Assembly: GCF_009914755.1 (NCBI RefSeq)
Contig: NC_060943.1
Reading direction: 5' to 3' (one strand)
Source: the human T2T-CHM13v2.0 reference genome, Homo sapiens
DNA: 64,000 bases
This document shows positions 22,000 through 34,649 of this stretch, piece by piece. The notes under the pieces are model-generated. The model searched no databases. It saw only the letters and a list, made by a program, of their open reading frames with translations, and was not told where the DNA came from. Each line of letters opens with the position of its first letter. Position 1 is the stretch's first letter. A program made the position numbers and the translations under genes.

Positions 22000-22196
22000 T
22001 GTGTTTTTCTGTGCTGGCTTACTTTACTTGGCATAATATTTTTCAGGTTCATGAATATTGTTGCAAATAACAAGACTTTCTTATTTTTAAGTGCAGAGAA
22101 GTATTTCATTGTGTACATATACCACATTTTCTTTTTCTATTCAACTATTGATGGACACTTAGGATGATTCCATACCTTAGCTATTGTGAGTAATCC
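22000..22196 (-). mobile_element. L1 3'-end fragment (L1M type)
   Basis: Minus ORF MWYMYTMKYFSALKNKKVLLFATIFMNLKNIM matches the ORF2 C-terminus. Confidence 0.75.
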
Positions 22197-22204
22197 ACTT
22201 CCTT

Positions 22205-22420
22205 CCCTCTGTTTTGTTTTGTTTGAGATGGAGTCTCATTCTGTTGCCCACGCTAAAGTGCAGTGGCACGATCTCAGCTCACCGCAACCTATGCCTCCCA
22301 GGTTCAAGTGATTCTAGTGCTTCAGCCTCCTGAGTAGCTGAGGTTACAGGTGTGCACCACCATGCTTGGCTAATTTTTGTATTTTTAGTAGAGGCAGGCT
22401 TTCACCATGTTGACCAGAGT
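22205..22420 (-). mobile_element. Truncated Alu
   Basis: Right arm plus part of left arm. Confidence 0.85.
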
Positions 22421-23593
22421 AACTTTCATTTGTTTGTATATATTTTTCTTCCTTTTCTATTTCTAGAAGCATGTTAATTTTAAAATATAAATTATGAATG
22501 TTAAAAACCTTCATTCTCTGTCTTTGATTACTATTACAACTGATTTAAAAATAAGTTTTTTTGAAATTCCCTGGATAAAGGTTATTACTTCATTATTAAC
22601 ATAACTTGAGACAGCATAGAAATGAAAGTGAATATTTGATAGTAAAACAGCAATTATGTAGCTCCTGGTAGTCATTTAATCTCTCACCCACTCTTTGGAA
22701 CTTCTATCAAGACAAGAATTCTATTTTTGAAATGCTTATGTTTTTAACAGGATTATAAGCCACAGCCTTCCAGCATCGGGTCCCACCAATGTATTTGGTG
22801 GATCCATTTGTAAACCAAGCATGTTTCTGATCTTCTGGGATTAGTTTTTTAAACGATTTGCGCCATTGGTCGGGGTGGGAAGGGTGGTTTCCTTCCATAT
22901 CTACAGGACTTGCTCAGTGGTTTTTTTGAGCTGGCAAGTTTTGTACATCCTCATGTAAAACTGATACCCCCTTTGGTTTTGGCTTAGCCTGGTCATGTAT
23001 GTACCATTTCCATTTTATGCTGCTACTTTCTTGGGCATGCCCTATCTGGTAGGTTTTGGGGGAACTCATGTCCCAAGTCACAATAGGAATTTCAGGCCAC
23101 ATAAAGACATCATGGTTGAAGCAGAGGTGTTCCATTTCCAGCAAAGTTCAATAGCAAGCTAAAAATTGCTTCTTGAAGGGATATAATCTTTGCTGGCCTC
23201 TGGCAGTTTGTAGGTCCGAAATCCAAAAGTACCCTCTTCCCATGTTGTTCCTGCCTAAGGCTCCAATTAGCATGTTGATCTAGGACAGTTACTTGCAGTT
23301 CTACTGGCCCATCCCCTATAGGCCATAGATCCAGGGCCAGCTTCACCACTTGTTTAGCTTGTTCAAAAGCCATGCTGTCTTCCTCTCCCCAAAGAAAGTC
23401 ATAGCATTTTCTAGTTGCTGCATGCGGAGGTTGTAAAATGTTACCCAAGTGGGGAAAATGATGTTTCCAGAATCCAAACAAGACAATACATTTCTGGACC
23501 TCCTTCTTAGTGGTAGAGGTTGCAAATTGTAGTATTTTAGCTTTAGCCTTTGGTAAAATGGACTATTTCTCTGTATTCCATAGGATGCCAAGG

Positions 23594-24226
23594 TGTTGGG
23601 GTGATCAGACCCAACACCAGGTCATAGGGGCTATGAAGTCTGATAGAGTCAAAGAATGAGACAAGACAAGTTAAAAGTTCATAGGGTGGGTCCAGGGGGC
23701 CAACTCCAAGCATGGTGGCTGTGAAGACCCCAAGCTCTGGGAGCCCATGCTATTTATAACTTATAACTTATTGGTAATCAAACAAAAAAGCAGTTGGTGA
23801 GGACATGTGGACATGGGGGTAGACAGGTGAGGATGTGCGGATAGAAAGGTAGTGGTGAATCAAGCGTAGCTGTGATGGTTGAGCATATGCTCTGCTACTT
23901 GAGATAAAGGAGAACAGGTTCTTCTAATTCAAGACACAATCAATTTATGGTCTCAGGAGAGCAAGAAGCAATGGGCCAACGAGTCTGGATACATTCCAGA
24001 GGCTACAAGGGGTTTTATGCCCTGAGCCTGGGTTCTGTCCAAGCCACAAGGGGTTTTATGCCCTGGGCTTAGACTGTAGTGTGGCAGGGCAGCCTTCCAC
24101 CCTTTGGCACAGAGCTTGGTGTTCCACAGGCCACAAGGGGTTTTAGACCCTGGAACCAGGACATGTTCCAAGACTCTTTTATATTATGTCAGACAAGCAA
24201 GCCCTGCCTCAGCTCTTCTGCCAACA
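23594..24226 (-). mobile_element. LTR14-family (LTR14B/HML-1-like) solo LTR nested in HERV-S pol
   Basis: TGTTGG...CCAACA termini, 633 bp, exact 6-bp TSD ccaagg. The host RT sequence (VKFLGILWN) rejoins across it. Confidence 0.8.
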
Positions 24227-24780
24227 CCAAGGAATTTTACAGTTTGTGCAGGTCCTTTGAATTTTACTAAGGTTAATTTCCCATCCTTGAGATAAGAGTT
24301 GGGCTCTTACCCGCTCCAAGCCCCAGCTAACTAGTTCCTCAGTTTCACCCTGACCAGGCCATTTAGACAGCTGCTTTTTTCAGCAATAGGCTGATAGCTT
24401 TGAGCCTGATCAGTCAAGTCATAGGCCTGGCATTGGGCCAGGGCCAGTCTGGAAGTAAAATTAGCATTTTCCTTTTCCAGCTTACATTTCTCTTGTAGCA
24501 ACTAGCCCTTATCTTGACACATTAACTTATAAGCAGTAAGCAAACACCATCCACTCTGGCAGATCCCTCAGCTTCTCCTTTGCTGACTGGAATCTCCTGC
24601 AGCACTTCCCGCACAGTCAAAGGTTTAAATTGCACTAATTTAGATTCCCAATTCCCACAAAGAGCAGTTCCCCTGGACCATTCAAAAGGGAGAACTGGAG
24701 GAGTTCCCATCGCGGGATATGAGGAGTCACCGAGCCTCCAGCCCTGTCCTTCTGGCCAAAAAGTGGCACACTTTTGTTTT

Positions 24781-24800
24781 GAATCCTGTTCGTGACGCCG
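24781..24800 (-). promoter_or_regulatory. Primer-binding site, tRNA-Ser(CGA)
   Basis: Plus strand gaatcctgttcgtgacgccg matches the 3' end of tRNA-Ser(CGA) (GAATCCTGTTCGTGACGCCA). Lies 4 nt from the LTR end. Confidence 0.85.
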
Positions 24801-24804
24801 AAAC

Positions 24805-25405
24805 TGTTCTGTGCGGGAAAGAGGCAAGGGGATAAGAAAAGACAGACACACAATACCTTTAAGGGTAAACAAGCTTCATCCCATGTAAATGGCAATGCAG
24901 ATATATTAAGCAAATGATATAATAAGCAAAAAAAATATAATAAGCAGGTTGATATAATAAGCAAGTTGCAATGGGAAGAGGAGAAGGGAAAAGTTTGTGA
25001 AGTTTACGCTCACCAGACTATGGAAGATTCACCACCAGAGTGGGAAGCAACAACCTGGGCTCCAGAGTCGGCCACCCATTTGTGCACAGATGAGGAGAGG
25101 TCTCATGAAGCTTCAGTGCAGTCTGGGACCTTAGCTCATTTGTAACAAGTTGTTTGGCATGAGGCCCGGTCATGAGGGCCCTTTGCAACTGGGCTTAAGG
25201 AACACAAAAAGATTAACTTGTTTTTGCGATTGTCTATTGTTTTTCAAAAATGAATGTATATGAATAGATTGAAATAGAGATTTCTCCAAAACAGCACTGG
25301 ATGAATGCCTCTAGGGGCTCACAAAACCTATTCTGGGACTTGGTGACCATTGCTTCTGTCCACGTTCAATTGACTTCAAATTTAATATTTAACTTTACCT
25401 CCACA
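24805..25405 (-). mobile_element. LTR18B-like 5' LTR
   Basis: Minus strand reads TGTGGAGGTAAAGTTAAATATTAAA...CCCGCACAGAACA, with short ttgcttattatatc repeats. Confidence 0.85.
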
Positions 25406-25477
25406 AATTCCTCTGTCTTGATGAATCGGCTCTGTCTAGGCAAAGGGCAAAGCGAACCACTTGGGCCTTACACAACC

Positions 25478-26290
<813 letters not shown>

Positions 26291-26460
26291 TAAAATTAGC
26301 TTTAATGGATACTACACTATTACCAAAGTAAAAGTTGATTTTCTCTTGAACAAAAATTTGTTGTATTATTAATATGACAGCAAAATACTTCTGTTCACCT
26401 TTTGAATACATTCAACAGGAGAGAGTAAAAAAGAAATAGAATTTTCCCATGCTCTGGGAT

Positions 26461-26560
26461 GTAAGAATTATCCAATCAGGGACACTGTGCTGGAAACCGT
26501 CCAATCAGGCACACAGCTGTAGCGAACAGCACGGCTTCCGGGTTTGGCGGGGCCTTTGTG
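26461..26560 (+). promoter_or_regulatory. TATA-less CpG promoter of gene 2
   Basis: Two CCAATCAG boxes (26472, 26501), ETS-type CTTCCGG (26535) and GC box GGCGGGG (26546); local CpG enrichment to ~27000. Confidence 0.85.
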
Positions 26561-26702
26561 TCTCTCTGCAGCCTGAGCTCCAGGTCTCTTCTTCACTGCT
26601 CTGTGTCCTCTGCCCCTAGAGGCCCAGCCTCTGTGGCCCTGTGTCCTGTAGGTATTAGGAGATCCACAGCTAGGACGCCGGGATCCCGGAAGCCCGGAAA
26701 TG
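26540..26702 (+). pseudogene. Exon 1 of gene 2 (5'UTR plus ATG only; start approximate)
   Basis: ...cccggaa ATG|gtaaga, the typical subfamily exon 1 ending at the start codon (26700-26702). Confidence 0.9.
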
Positions 26703-26856
26703 GTAAGAATGCCGGTCCGACATCCCGAGAGAGGGGGAGGGGCTGGTTGGAACCGGAGGGAAATGTCTTTGGCAAGACTCAGCTCCAGTCAGTCAGCTCC
26801 ACAATTTGTGCCCCGAGTTCTCCTTACCCAGCTCGGCCTCAGTCCTGTTCAGCCAT

Positions 26857-26867
26857 AAGATGGCGGC
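26857..26867 (+). promoter_or_regulatory. YY1 consensus site in intron 1
   Basis: AAGATGGCGGC. Confidence 0.7.
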
Positions 26868-27485
26868 TACACAGAAGCCTGGCCCCCTGGGCGTCCTCTC
26901 TTCCGTGCGCAATGACTGTGTCCTGGCCTGGAGCCCTCTGTGGGCAGCTCTGCATCCGCAGGGCTGTGTCTCTCCCAGATTGTACAGGGATCATGAGAGG
27001 GTCGTCAAGGGAGAATCCTGACTTGGGGTTCAGGTTCATGAATGGGAAGAGCTTTGGTCCGTGGGGTTCACAGTTTCTCTTTTCTCCTATTAAAAATGTA
27101 TGGGGCCAGGAGTGGTGGTTCATGCCTGTAATCCCAGCACTTTGGGAGGCCGAGGCGGGCGGATCACTTGAGGTAAAGAGTTATTAGAACAAGTAAGTTC
27201 CTCTTCAAAGACTCAACTTCTTTGTCGTAAGTTGTAAATCAAATTTATCCCTGCTTTCCCCTTCTCCTTTTGTTGCAAATTGCTCGTTTACCCTATTTGG
27301 AAAAAGCTGGGGTCTAAGCCAACCGGGATCAGCTTAGATTATTGGGTCTGACCCAAGCCAATAGAGGAAGGACACAAAAACAGGAACTGTGTTAGGGTTA
27401 ATAACCCCTTCCTGGCTGGGTGCGGTGGCTCATGCCTGTAATCCCAGCAATTTGGGAGGCTGAAGCGGGCTGATCACGTGGTCAA

Positions 27486-27892
27486 TGTAAGGCTCTTGTA
27501 TTGGTTTGAACCGTGAGAGCGTGCCAACAGACAACACCAGGCAGTGTGGAGCAACATGCTGTTTTAGTGAGTGCCAGGGTGCAGGCCGGCTGAGGCCTAC
27601 AATGGCGTCAGCACCAAATGAGGACGAGGCAGGAGTTTTATTGTCTCCAGTAAACAGGAAGTCTCCCAGTCTGATGGGGCTGCTACGTAGTACCCAGACA
27701 GCCTCTTTCTCAAACTTCAGGGTTACATGTCTTCTGGCCAGAGTTGATGTCTTCCAGACGGTTCTCTTCCTGCTTCTGCTATCTTGCTGGCACACACTGC
27801 TGATGCAGGTAGGCTTGCGCCTTGGGACTGGGCCTGGGAAGGGAGGAGTTACTCATCCCTTCAAGCTTTCAGACCCCGGGGAGATTCTTTCT
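27486..27892 (-). mobile_element. 3' LTR of HERV-F-like provirus
   Basis: Direct repeat of 33831-34234; adjacent to the PPT aaaagagaggaa. Confidence 0.9.
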
Positions 27893-27999
27893 TTCCTCTC
27901 TTTTTGGTTATAGAAAGAAAGGGAAAAGGGGTGACTTTCTCAATAACTACTTCAGGTGTGACATAGGGGGTGGCATTGGAACCTTGGAAAAAGGTGCGT

Positions 28000-28660
28000 G
28001 GCTGGGTTTAGATGGGAGCTGGTTAATTTTTGGGGTATTCTTGAGAGACGGGTTGGTGTCCATCGTGTTGTTGAAGCAGAAGCATCATCTGGATTGTCTG
28101 GCAGTTAACTGTAGTTTCAACGAGAGTTTTAATGGCTTTTATTATTAGTGGGATAACACAGGCGAGAAACAGGAGGAACCTAATGATAAAGGTAACTGTC
28201 CCTACCAGCCTTTTAAATCCTCCTAAATGAAAGAACCACCCTCCTAGGAGGTTTGTTGGGCCACATCCCTTCCAGGTTTAGACTGGTACATGGGCTACTT
28301 TTCTCATGTTTGAAGTGATTTCTAGAACAACTTTTCTGTTATCATCTATGTTAAGACAGCAATTAGGATATTAAACTTACCACAGATTCCACCCTTTCCT
28401 GCTAATAAGTAGCCTAGTGCTGGCCTGTTTTGATAAATTGCTGTGCGCATTTGATTTTGTTGTTGTGTGAACATTTCCAAGGCTGAGACCGTTTGGTTAG
28501 TGATTATCTTTAGAACAGCCTGTAATTATTCTATTTAGCATATATATGGGAGTGCGATAACCTCATGAACCATCCTCTGCCTAAATGGCAGGGCCATAAT
28601 ATTCGATGATCCATTGCAGAGGCCACTCGTCTTCTTGCACAGGGACTCCAAGGGTGTCAC
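28000..28660 (-). pseudogene. env: env remnant (TM only; SU and furin site deleted), ERV3/HERV-E-like
   Basis: [44 protein letters not shown]. Confidence 0.8.
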
Positions 28661-31649
28661 CTGCTGTTAATGTTTTGGAGGAAGGAGTAGCCTTGGAGAT
28701 GAGCTTGACCCTGGTGTGATGGATCCAGTGGGGGAGTTCTTGGACTCTCACTACAGTTGGCATGCTGAGTATGACAGTGTAAGGGCCTGTCCACTTTGGT
28801 TGTACCTTTTGGTGAGGGCTGGGTTGGCAGATAAACATGTCTATGCCTGCAAGGCAGTTATGTTGAGAGGACAAGGAGGTGCTGACAGGGAGAGGCATGG
28901 CCTCATTTGCTGCTTCACGAATGAAAGACTGTGTTGGATTAAGTAGGGGAGGTAATTCCTGAGTGGCTCGGAGTCTGGTAAGGATGGAGGCCTTAAGACA
29001 AAAGTATGGCTATGTATGATTTTGAAGGGAGTATAAAAAGAGGGTGCTTTTGGTGTTGTGTGGAGTCTCATGAGGGTGAAAGGGAGATTTCTTGTCCACA
29101 ACTGACAGGTTTCTAGAGCTAGCTTGGTGAGTTGGGTTTTAAGGACAGAGTTGACTTTTTAAACTTTGCCTGAAGATTGAGGCCTGTAGGGTGTATGGGG
29201 AACCTATTTGATTCTTAAGGATGTAGAGACACCTTGGGTAATTTGGCTGATAAAGGTGAGCCTGTTATCATACTGGATGGATGTTGGGAGTCCGAAACGG
29301 GGAATTATATGCATGATGAGAGTTTGTGTGATGACATTTGCACCTTCTGAAGTTGTTGGGAATGCTTCTACCTACCCGGAGAAAGTACAGACAAAGACTG
29401 GAAGATAGCGGAGCCGTTTATTGGGCAGCATGTGAGTGAAGTTTACTTGCCAATCTTGCCTGGGTACTTTGCCCTGGGCTTGGTGGGTAGGAAAAGGTGG
29501 TGGCCAGGGTAAGCCTTGGGGTGACACTAAGTGGCATATAGAGCAGGACAGGGTGATTCCTTGAACACAGCAGGAAAGATGAGGACAAGTGAGAATAGGG
29601 TGGAGAAATTGAGGGAGAAGTTTGTAACTGACATGGAAAGAGTTGTGGAGACTTTGGAGGATAGGGATTGTTTGAGATTGAGGAAGGATGAAGCACCCTT
29701 CCTTGACATACCATGGTCCTTGCTTTTGAAGGTTTTTGGCCTGGAAGTCCTCTTTTTCTTTGGAGGAGTGAAAAGGAGGGAATGAGGACAGGGACAGAGC
29801 ATGGCTGGGTTTAGATGCGAGCTGTTAGCACAGTGATGTGGGGAGTTTCTATGAATAGAGCATACAGTTGGAGGAGCAGTGGGGCAGAGATGAGACTTAG
29901 TACACTGGGGTGAGCTAGCATGTCTTTGACGTTATGGGTTGAATAAACTGTTAGGTTGGCATGGAGAGATAGTTTTAGGCTTTCAAGGGTGAGAACAGCA
30001 GCTGCCGTCAAGGCTCAGAGACAGGCAGGTCATCCAAGAACTGTGGCTTCAAGCTGTTTAGAGAGTTAGGCAACATCCTGGAGGGTGGGTCCCTTATACT
30101 GGGTTAGAACACCTAGTGCAACTCTACGCTGTTCGTCGGTATAGAGGGAGAAAGGTTTGGTAAGGTCTGCGTCTGGGAGAATGAGGATAGGGGCTGAGTT
30201 GAGAGCCTTTTGGAGTAGACAGAAAGGTTGGGTAATAGGCTGTGCAGGGTTTAAAGGCTCATGGAGAGGGCCTTTAGTGGCTTGGTATAACGGATTGGCA
30301 AGTAGAGCGAAGGAGGAAACCTAGAGACTAAAATATCCCGCTAGTCCTAGAAAAGAGAATTTCTTGCTAGTTTGTGGAGGCGGGAGGGACTGGAGGAGGG
30401 ATATGTGGTTGGTTGTGAGCCTTCGGTTTCGTGGGGTAAGAGCTAGGCCTAGATAGGTGACTGAGGGGGTGCATATTTGAGTTTTAGGGGAGACCTGATA
30501 CCCCCATTCTGCCAAGAAGTTTAAAAGAAAGATAGTATGGGCGTTGCAGTCTCTTTGAGAGGGGCTACACAAGAGCAGATCATTAGCATATTGAAGGGGA
30601 GTGGATGGTGTTAGGAATAAGGTACAGAGGTTGCAAGCCAGGGCCTGCCCAAAAAGGTGGGGACTGTCTCTGAAACCCTGAGGTTACTACTTCAAGGGTA
30701 GGTGGGCACAGCCTGGTGGGCTTACCTGAGGGGGCATGGCCTGGTGGGCTTACCTGGGTATGCACCAGGTGAAAGGTGGGTGTCGGGGTTTTCCTACGTA
30801 AAGGCAAAGAGGTCCTGAGAATCAGGGTGTGAAGGAATTGTGAAAAAAAGCATTATTTAGTTTAGGACAGAAAAATGGGTGATATTGTAGGGAACCACGG
30901 AAAGTAAAGTGTATGGGTTAGAAACTACTGGACATACTGGGAGTACAGCTTGGTTAATAAGCCTAGGGCCTGGACTAAGTGATAAGTTCCATGTAGCTTT
31001 TTAACAGGTAGAATCAGTGTGAAAAGGGGAGTTTGTTGGGCAGAGTAGGTGATTGGCGAGGAGGCGAGAAATGATAGGGTTTAGGCCTACAAGAGCTGCT
31101 TGGGGGTTGGATACTGCTTCTGTGATAGGAACTGGGTGGGGTTTTTAAGGGTAATGTGAACGGGGGCGTGGTGTTCTGTCACTGAGGGTGTGGAAGTATC
31201 CTAAACAGTGAGGTTAACTATGGATGGGGAATAAGGAAAGGCTGCATGTTTTAAGGTGGGAGGTTGGAGGAGAAGAAGAAAGTTAGAAGCCCCCGAGGGG
31301 TCTGGGTAGATGCGTTGGGTACTATGGGGAATGTGGAGGTGGAGAGTAGTGTGGAGTTTTGAGAGGATGTCTCTACTTTGGAGGGGAGTTGGGCATGAGG
31401 GCAGGACTAAGAAAGAGTGAGTAAGGAAAAGGTGTGCAGGGACCAGAAAAGTGGAGGAGTGGCTCATGGTTTGGACACTTGTCCATCAATTCCTACAACA
31501 GACTGGGAGGACTGGGAAATTAGGTAAAGCAGAGTAGGTTGCCCCAGTATTAATTTTAAAAAACATACTGGCCTACCTGCCACCATCAGTGTTACCCTTG
31601 GCTCAGATGAAGATATGGTAGTTGCTGGGATGCCCTTTCCAGGGCACCA
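28660..31649 (-). pseudogene. pol: HERV-F-like pro-pol (disrupted; RNase H region apparently deleted near 29800)
   Basis: LINTGATYS protease, PQGFRDSP and QYAND RT motifs, LGLAGYF, integrase PKWTGPYTVILS...WIHHTRVK. Confidence 0.85.
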
Positions 31650-33409
31650 TCAGTCTTCAGCAGCAAGGCTGGTGAGATCCAAGTAGGAGGTTTTGGCTGG
31701 CTCAGGAAGGGATGAGGGCAGTGCTTCTGGGGGACGCTCACAGTCTGACTTCCAGTGGAGTCCTCCATAGAGGGGGCACGAACTGGTGGGCTTACCTGGG
31801 TTTGGGCATTGTCTGGACCAGTGGCCTTCATTGCCACACTTGAAATGTGCAGGTGCAGGTGGATTCCTAGGGGCTTCCATGTGGAGCTGTGGCCCCATGG
31901 GCCTGCAGGGCCCCTGATGGCGGAGGCAAGCATTTGAAACTCTGCCTGTTTTTGCCTTTTACTTTCCTCATCATGATTGTTAAAGACTTTGAAGGCTAAA
32001 TTAAGATCTTTTTGTGGGGTTTGTGGGCTGTTATCAAGCTTCTGGCTTCTGAAGCTTGTGCTGAATATCAGGGGTGGATTGGGAAATGAACTGAAGGTTT
32101 AAAATAGTGGTTCCTTCTGAGCTGGTTGAGTCTACGTTGTTATATTTTCTCATGGCTTCAGGTAAACAAGAGGGAGAAAAAGGGCTGGGTTTTCATCAGG
32201 ACATTGGGTGATTTCTGAAAGTTTTTCATAGTTGACTGCTTTATGGGCACCTTTTGAGTCCTGCAAGGAGACACACAATCATGTGGTCTTGATAGTGGCA
32301 TCCAGGGTCCCTGTCTTGATAATCCTAGTGGGGGTCCTGGTTGGGGACTGCCTCTGTACCAGTAGCTGGGCAAGAGCCTGGTGATTAATTGTATTAGCAT
32401 GTGCCTGAGCTAGGGTCCAGATAGTCTCAGTCTTCTGGGGTGAGAGTTGAAGAGAGGATAATGTAGAGGTCATGCCAAGTTAGTTCATAAGACTGGGTAA
32501 GGTACTGAAATTCCCTAAAATAAGAGGTAGGGTCTTTTGGAAATGAACCAAATCTTTTGTTAATTTGAGAGAGATCAGTGAGGGAGAAGGGAGCATGAAC
32601 TCTCACAATACCTTCAGCTCCTGCTACTTCCCAAAGGGGGCACTCTAGCACCGACACTGAAGTAAGGGTGGGGCATGGGCCAAAGATGGCACCTGAGTGA
32701 GTATGGATGGGAGAGAAGGAAGAAGTCGGAAGTGGTTCCTACTGACCATTTGAAGGGAGAAGGGGGGTTGAGTTGATAGGCAGTGGAGGATAGATAGGGG
32801 TGTAAGGTGGTTGGATGGGTTTACAGGCCTCAAGAGAGGGCGGTGGGGGAGGAGACTGGGTACAGGCAATACTAGAATTGTCCTGAGGAGGGGACGATGT
32901 AGGAAAAGAAGTGGATACTGCTGACTGGGAAGATGGCAGCTGAGAATATAAAGAGGAGGCTTGGGGGGTTATAGAAGACAGTTGAGAGGGAGAGGTAGGG
33001 GCTGTGAGGGGTGGACAGCAGTCTGCTGGATCCAGTAAGAAAAAAGACGTAGGGTTGGGAGGAGAAAGGTGATCAGGTCGGTGAGAATGGAGAAGTATTT
33101 GAACAAGTGAGCAAGAATTGCAGAGGTCTTGTTGTGATCTGAGTGCAAAAAGGCCTGGACATAAGGCATTTCTGCCCATTTTTCCAGCAGTCAGCAATAA
33201 TTGCTTTAATCAGTTAAAATTGTAAAGTCGAATGTTCCATTTGTGGGCCATTTGGACCCATTATCCAATTCATAATGTGGCCAGACTGAATTGCAAAAAA
33301 AGACAAGGTGCTTAGGGCAGATATCTTGCCTGAGGCCTAAGGTTTGCAGGTTTTTTACAAGGCAGCCTAGAAGGCTGTCCTTCAGAATGGAAAACTGGGA
33401 ATTTTCTAT
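31650..33409 (-). pseudogene. gag: HERV-F-like gag (disrupted)
   Basis: PLWEVAGAEGIVRVHAPFSLTDLSQI, zinc knuckle FKCGNEGHWSRQC, terminal AAED*. Start codon reads ATA. Confidence 0.85.
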
Positions 33410-33809
33410 AATGGAGGGTAGGCACTAGAGAACAGAGAAAAGGAGACCGTCCTGGATAGCCGGATGGAGACAATAAAAGGAGCAGTTGTCATCACTGCCT
33501 TTTTCATTCCTGGAACGGGATCAGATGGCTTAGAGGGGTTCCCCTAAGGCCAGATGATCAGCTAGTGCCTGACACATGCCAGAGCCTTCTTGGACCAACA
33601 TTGGATTTTTGGACACAAGAACCAAGAGAGGCCATACAGATTTTTCCCTGTTAAGCGGGCTCCCACAGAAAGCTACCAGTAGGTGAGATCACTGACTGAT
33701 GTGCATGTACAGAGAGGCAACTGGAGGCTGAGGAGCTTCTTTTGTCCAGCTGCTGTGGCCTGCTCTCCAGGGCAGAGGGGTAGGTCCATGGGGATGCAGA
33801 CATCAGCTC

Positions 33810-33827
33810 TCCTGGGTTTTGGCACCA
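33810..33827 (-). promoter_or_regulatory. Primer-binding site, tRNA-Phe
   Basis: Minus strand tggtgccaaaacccagga versus canonical TGGTGCCGAAACCCGGGA. Confidence 0.85.
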
Positions 33828-33830
33828 AAA

Positions 33831-34234
33831 TGTAAGGTTCTTGTATTGGTTTGAACCCTGAGAGCACACTAACAGACAACATGAGGCAGTGTGGAGACAC
33901 ATGGTGTTTTAATGAGTGCCTGGTTGCAGGCGGGCTGAGGCCTAAAATGGCCCCAGCACCAAATAAGGATGGGTCAGGGATTTCATGGTCTCCTGTAAAT
34001 CAGAAGTGGCCCAGTCTGACATGGCTGCTATATAGTACCCGGACGGCCTCTTTCTTGATCTTCAGGAGTACGTGTCTTCTGGCCAGGGTGGGTGTCTTCT
34101 GGCCATCTCTCTTTCTACTACTGCTATCTTGCTGGTGCACACTGCTGATGCAAGTAGCCTTGTACCTTGGGACTGGGCCTGAGAAGGGAGTTACTCATCC
34201 CTTCAAGCTTTCAGGCCCCGGGGAGAATCTTTCA
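33831..34234 (-). mobile_element. 5' LTR of HERV-F-like provirus
   Basis: Minus strand TGAAAGATTCTCCCCGGGG...CCTTACA, followed by the PBS. Confidence 0.9.
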
Positions 34235-34336
34235 GTCAAGAGTTCTAGACCAGCCTGGACAACATGGTGAAACCCGTCTCTACTAAAAATACAAACATTA
34301 GTGGGGCGTGGTGGCAAGAGCCTCTAATCCCAGCTA

Positions 34337-34490
<154 letters not shown>

Positions 34491-34649
34491 TTAAAATTTC
34501 CTTTGTTTATTTAAACACTGTGAGTAATTTCACTGGATTTTTCAAACACTTAGTTTCAAACACGAAGTGAATAACTCTGACATGGAAATTAAAGCTTGAA
34601 CCTAGTGATTCCAAGCTAAGACTAATACTAAGCCTACAACAGGAGGTTT

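Larger units (their letters stand above)
22725..25405 (-). mobile_element. HERV-S / HERVL18 (class III) provirus: 5' LTR, gag start and partial pol; internally deleted and 3' truncated
   Basis: LTR18-like LTR, Ser PBS, RT/RNase H fragments (LFGFWKHHFPHLG; AWFTNGSTKYIGG..WKAVAYNP). Confidence 0.85.
27486..34234 (-). mobile_element. Class I provirus with tRNA-Phe PBS (HERV-F group, LTR46/HERV-Fc-like), defective
   Basis: Two ~405-bp LTRs, exact 5-bp TSD gtcaa, PBS-Phe, PPT (27893-27904), gag-pro-pol-env remnants. Confidence 0.85.

Noticed and set aside
24000-24160. Three spaced acaaggggtttt repeats resembling a CRISPR-like array
   Set aside because: Internal repeats of the LTR14-type LTR in eukaryotic DNA; irregular spacing and no cas genes.
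24779-24800. Match to the 3' end of tRNA-Ser
   Set aside because: Only ~20 nt next to an LTR; it is a primer-binding site, not a tRNA gene.
22700-25425. Weak inverted similarity (atcaagacaagaatt versus aattcctctgtcttgat) at the HERV-S ends suggesting an inversion
   Set aside because: Too short and imperfect; compatible with chance.
26558-27187. 209-aa ORF over the promoter/exon 1
   Set aside because: Non-ATG start, crosses the exon 1 donor and ends in an Alu; a by-product of GC-rich sequence.
27186-27413. LTR-like fragment in intron 1
   Set aside because: No termini or TSD recognised and the family cannot be assigned by eye, so it is not annotated.
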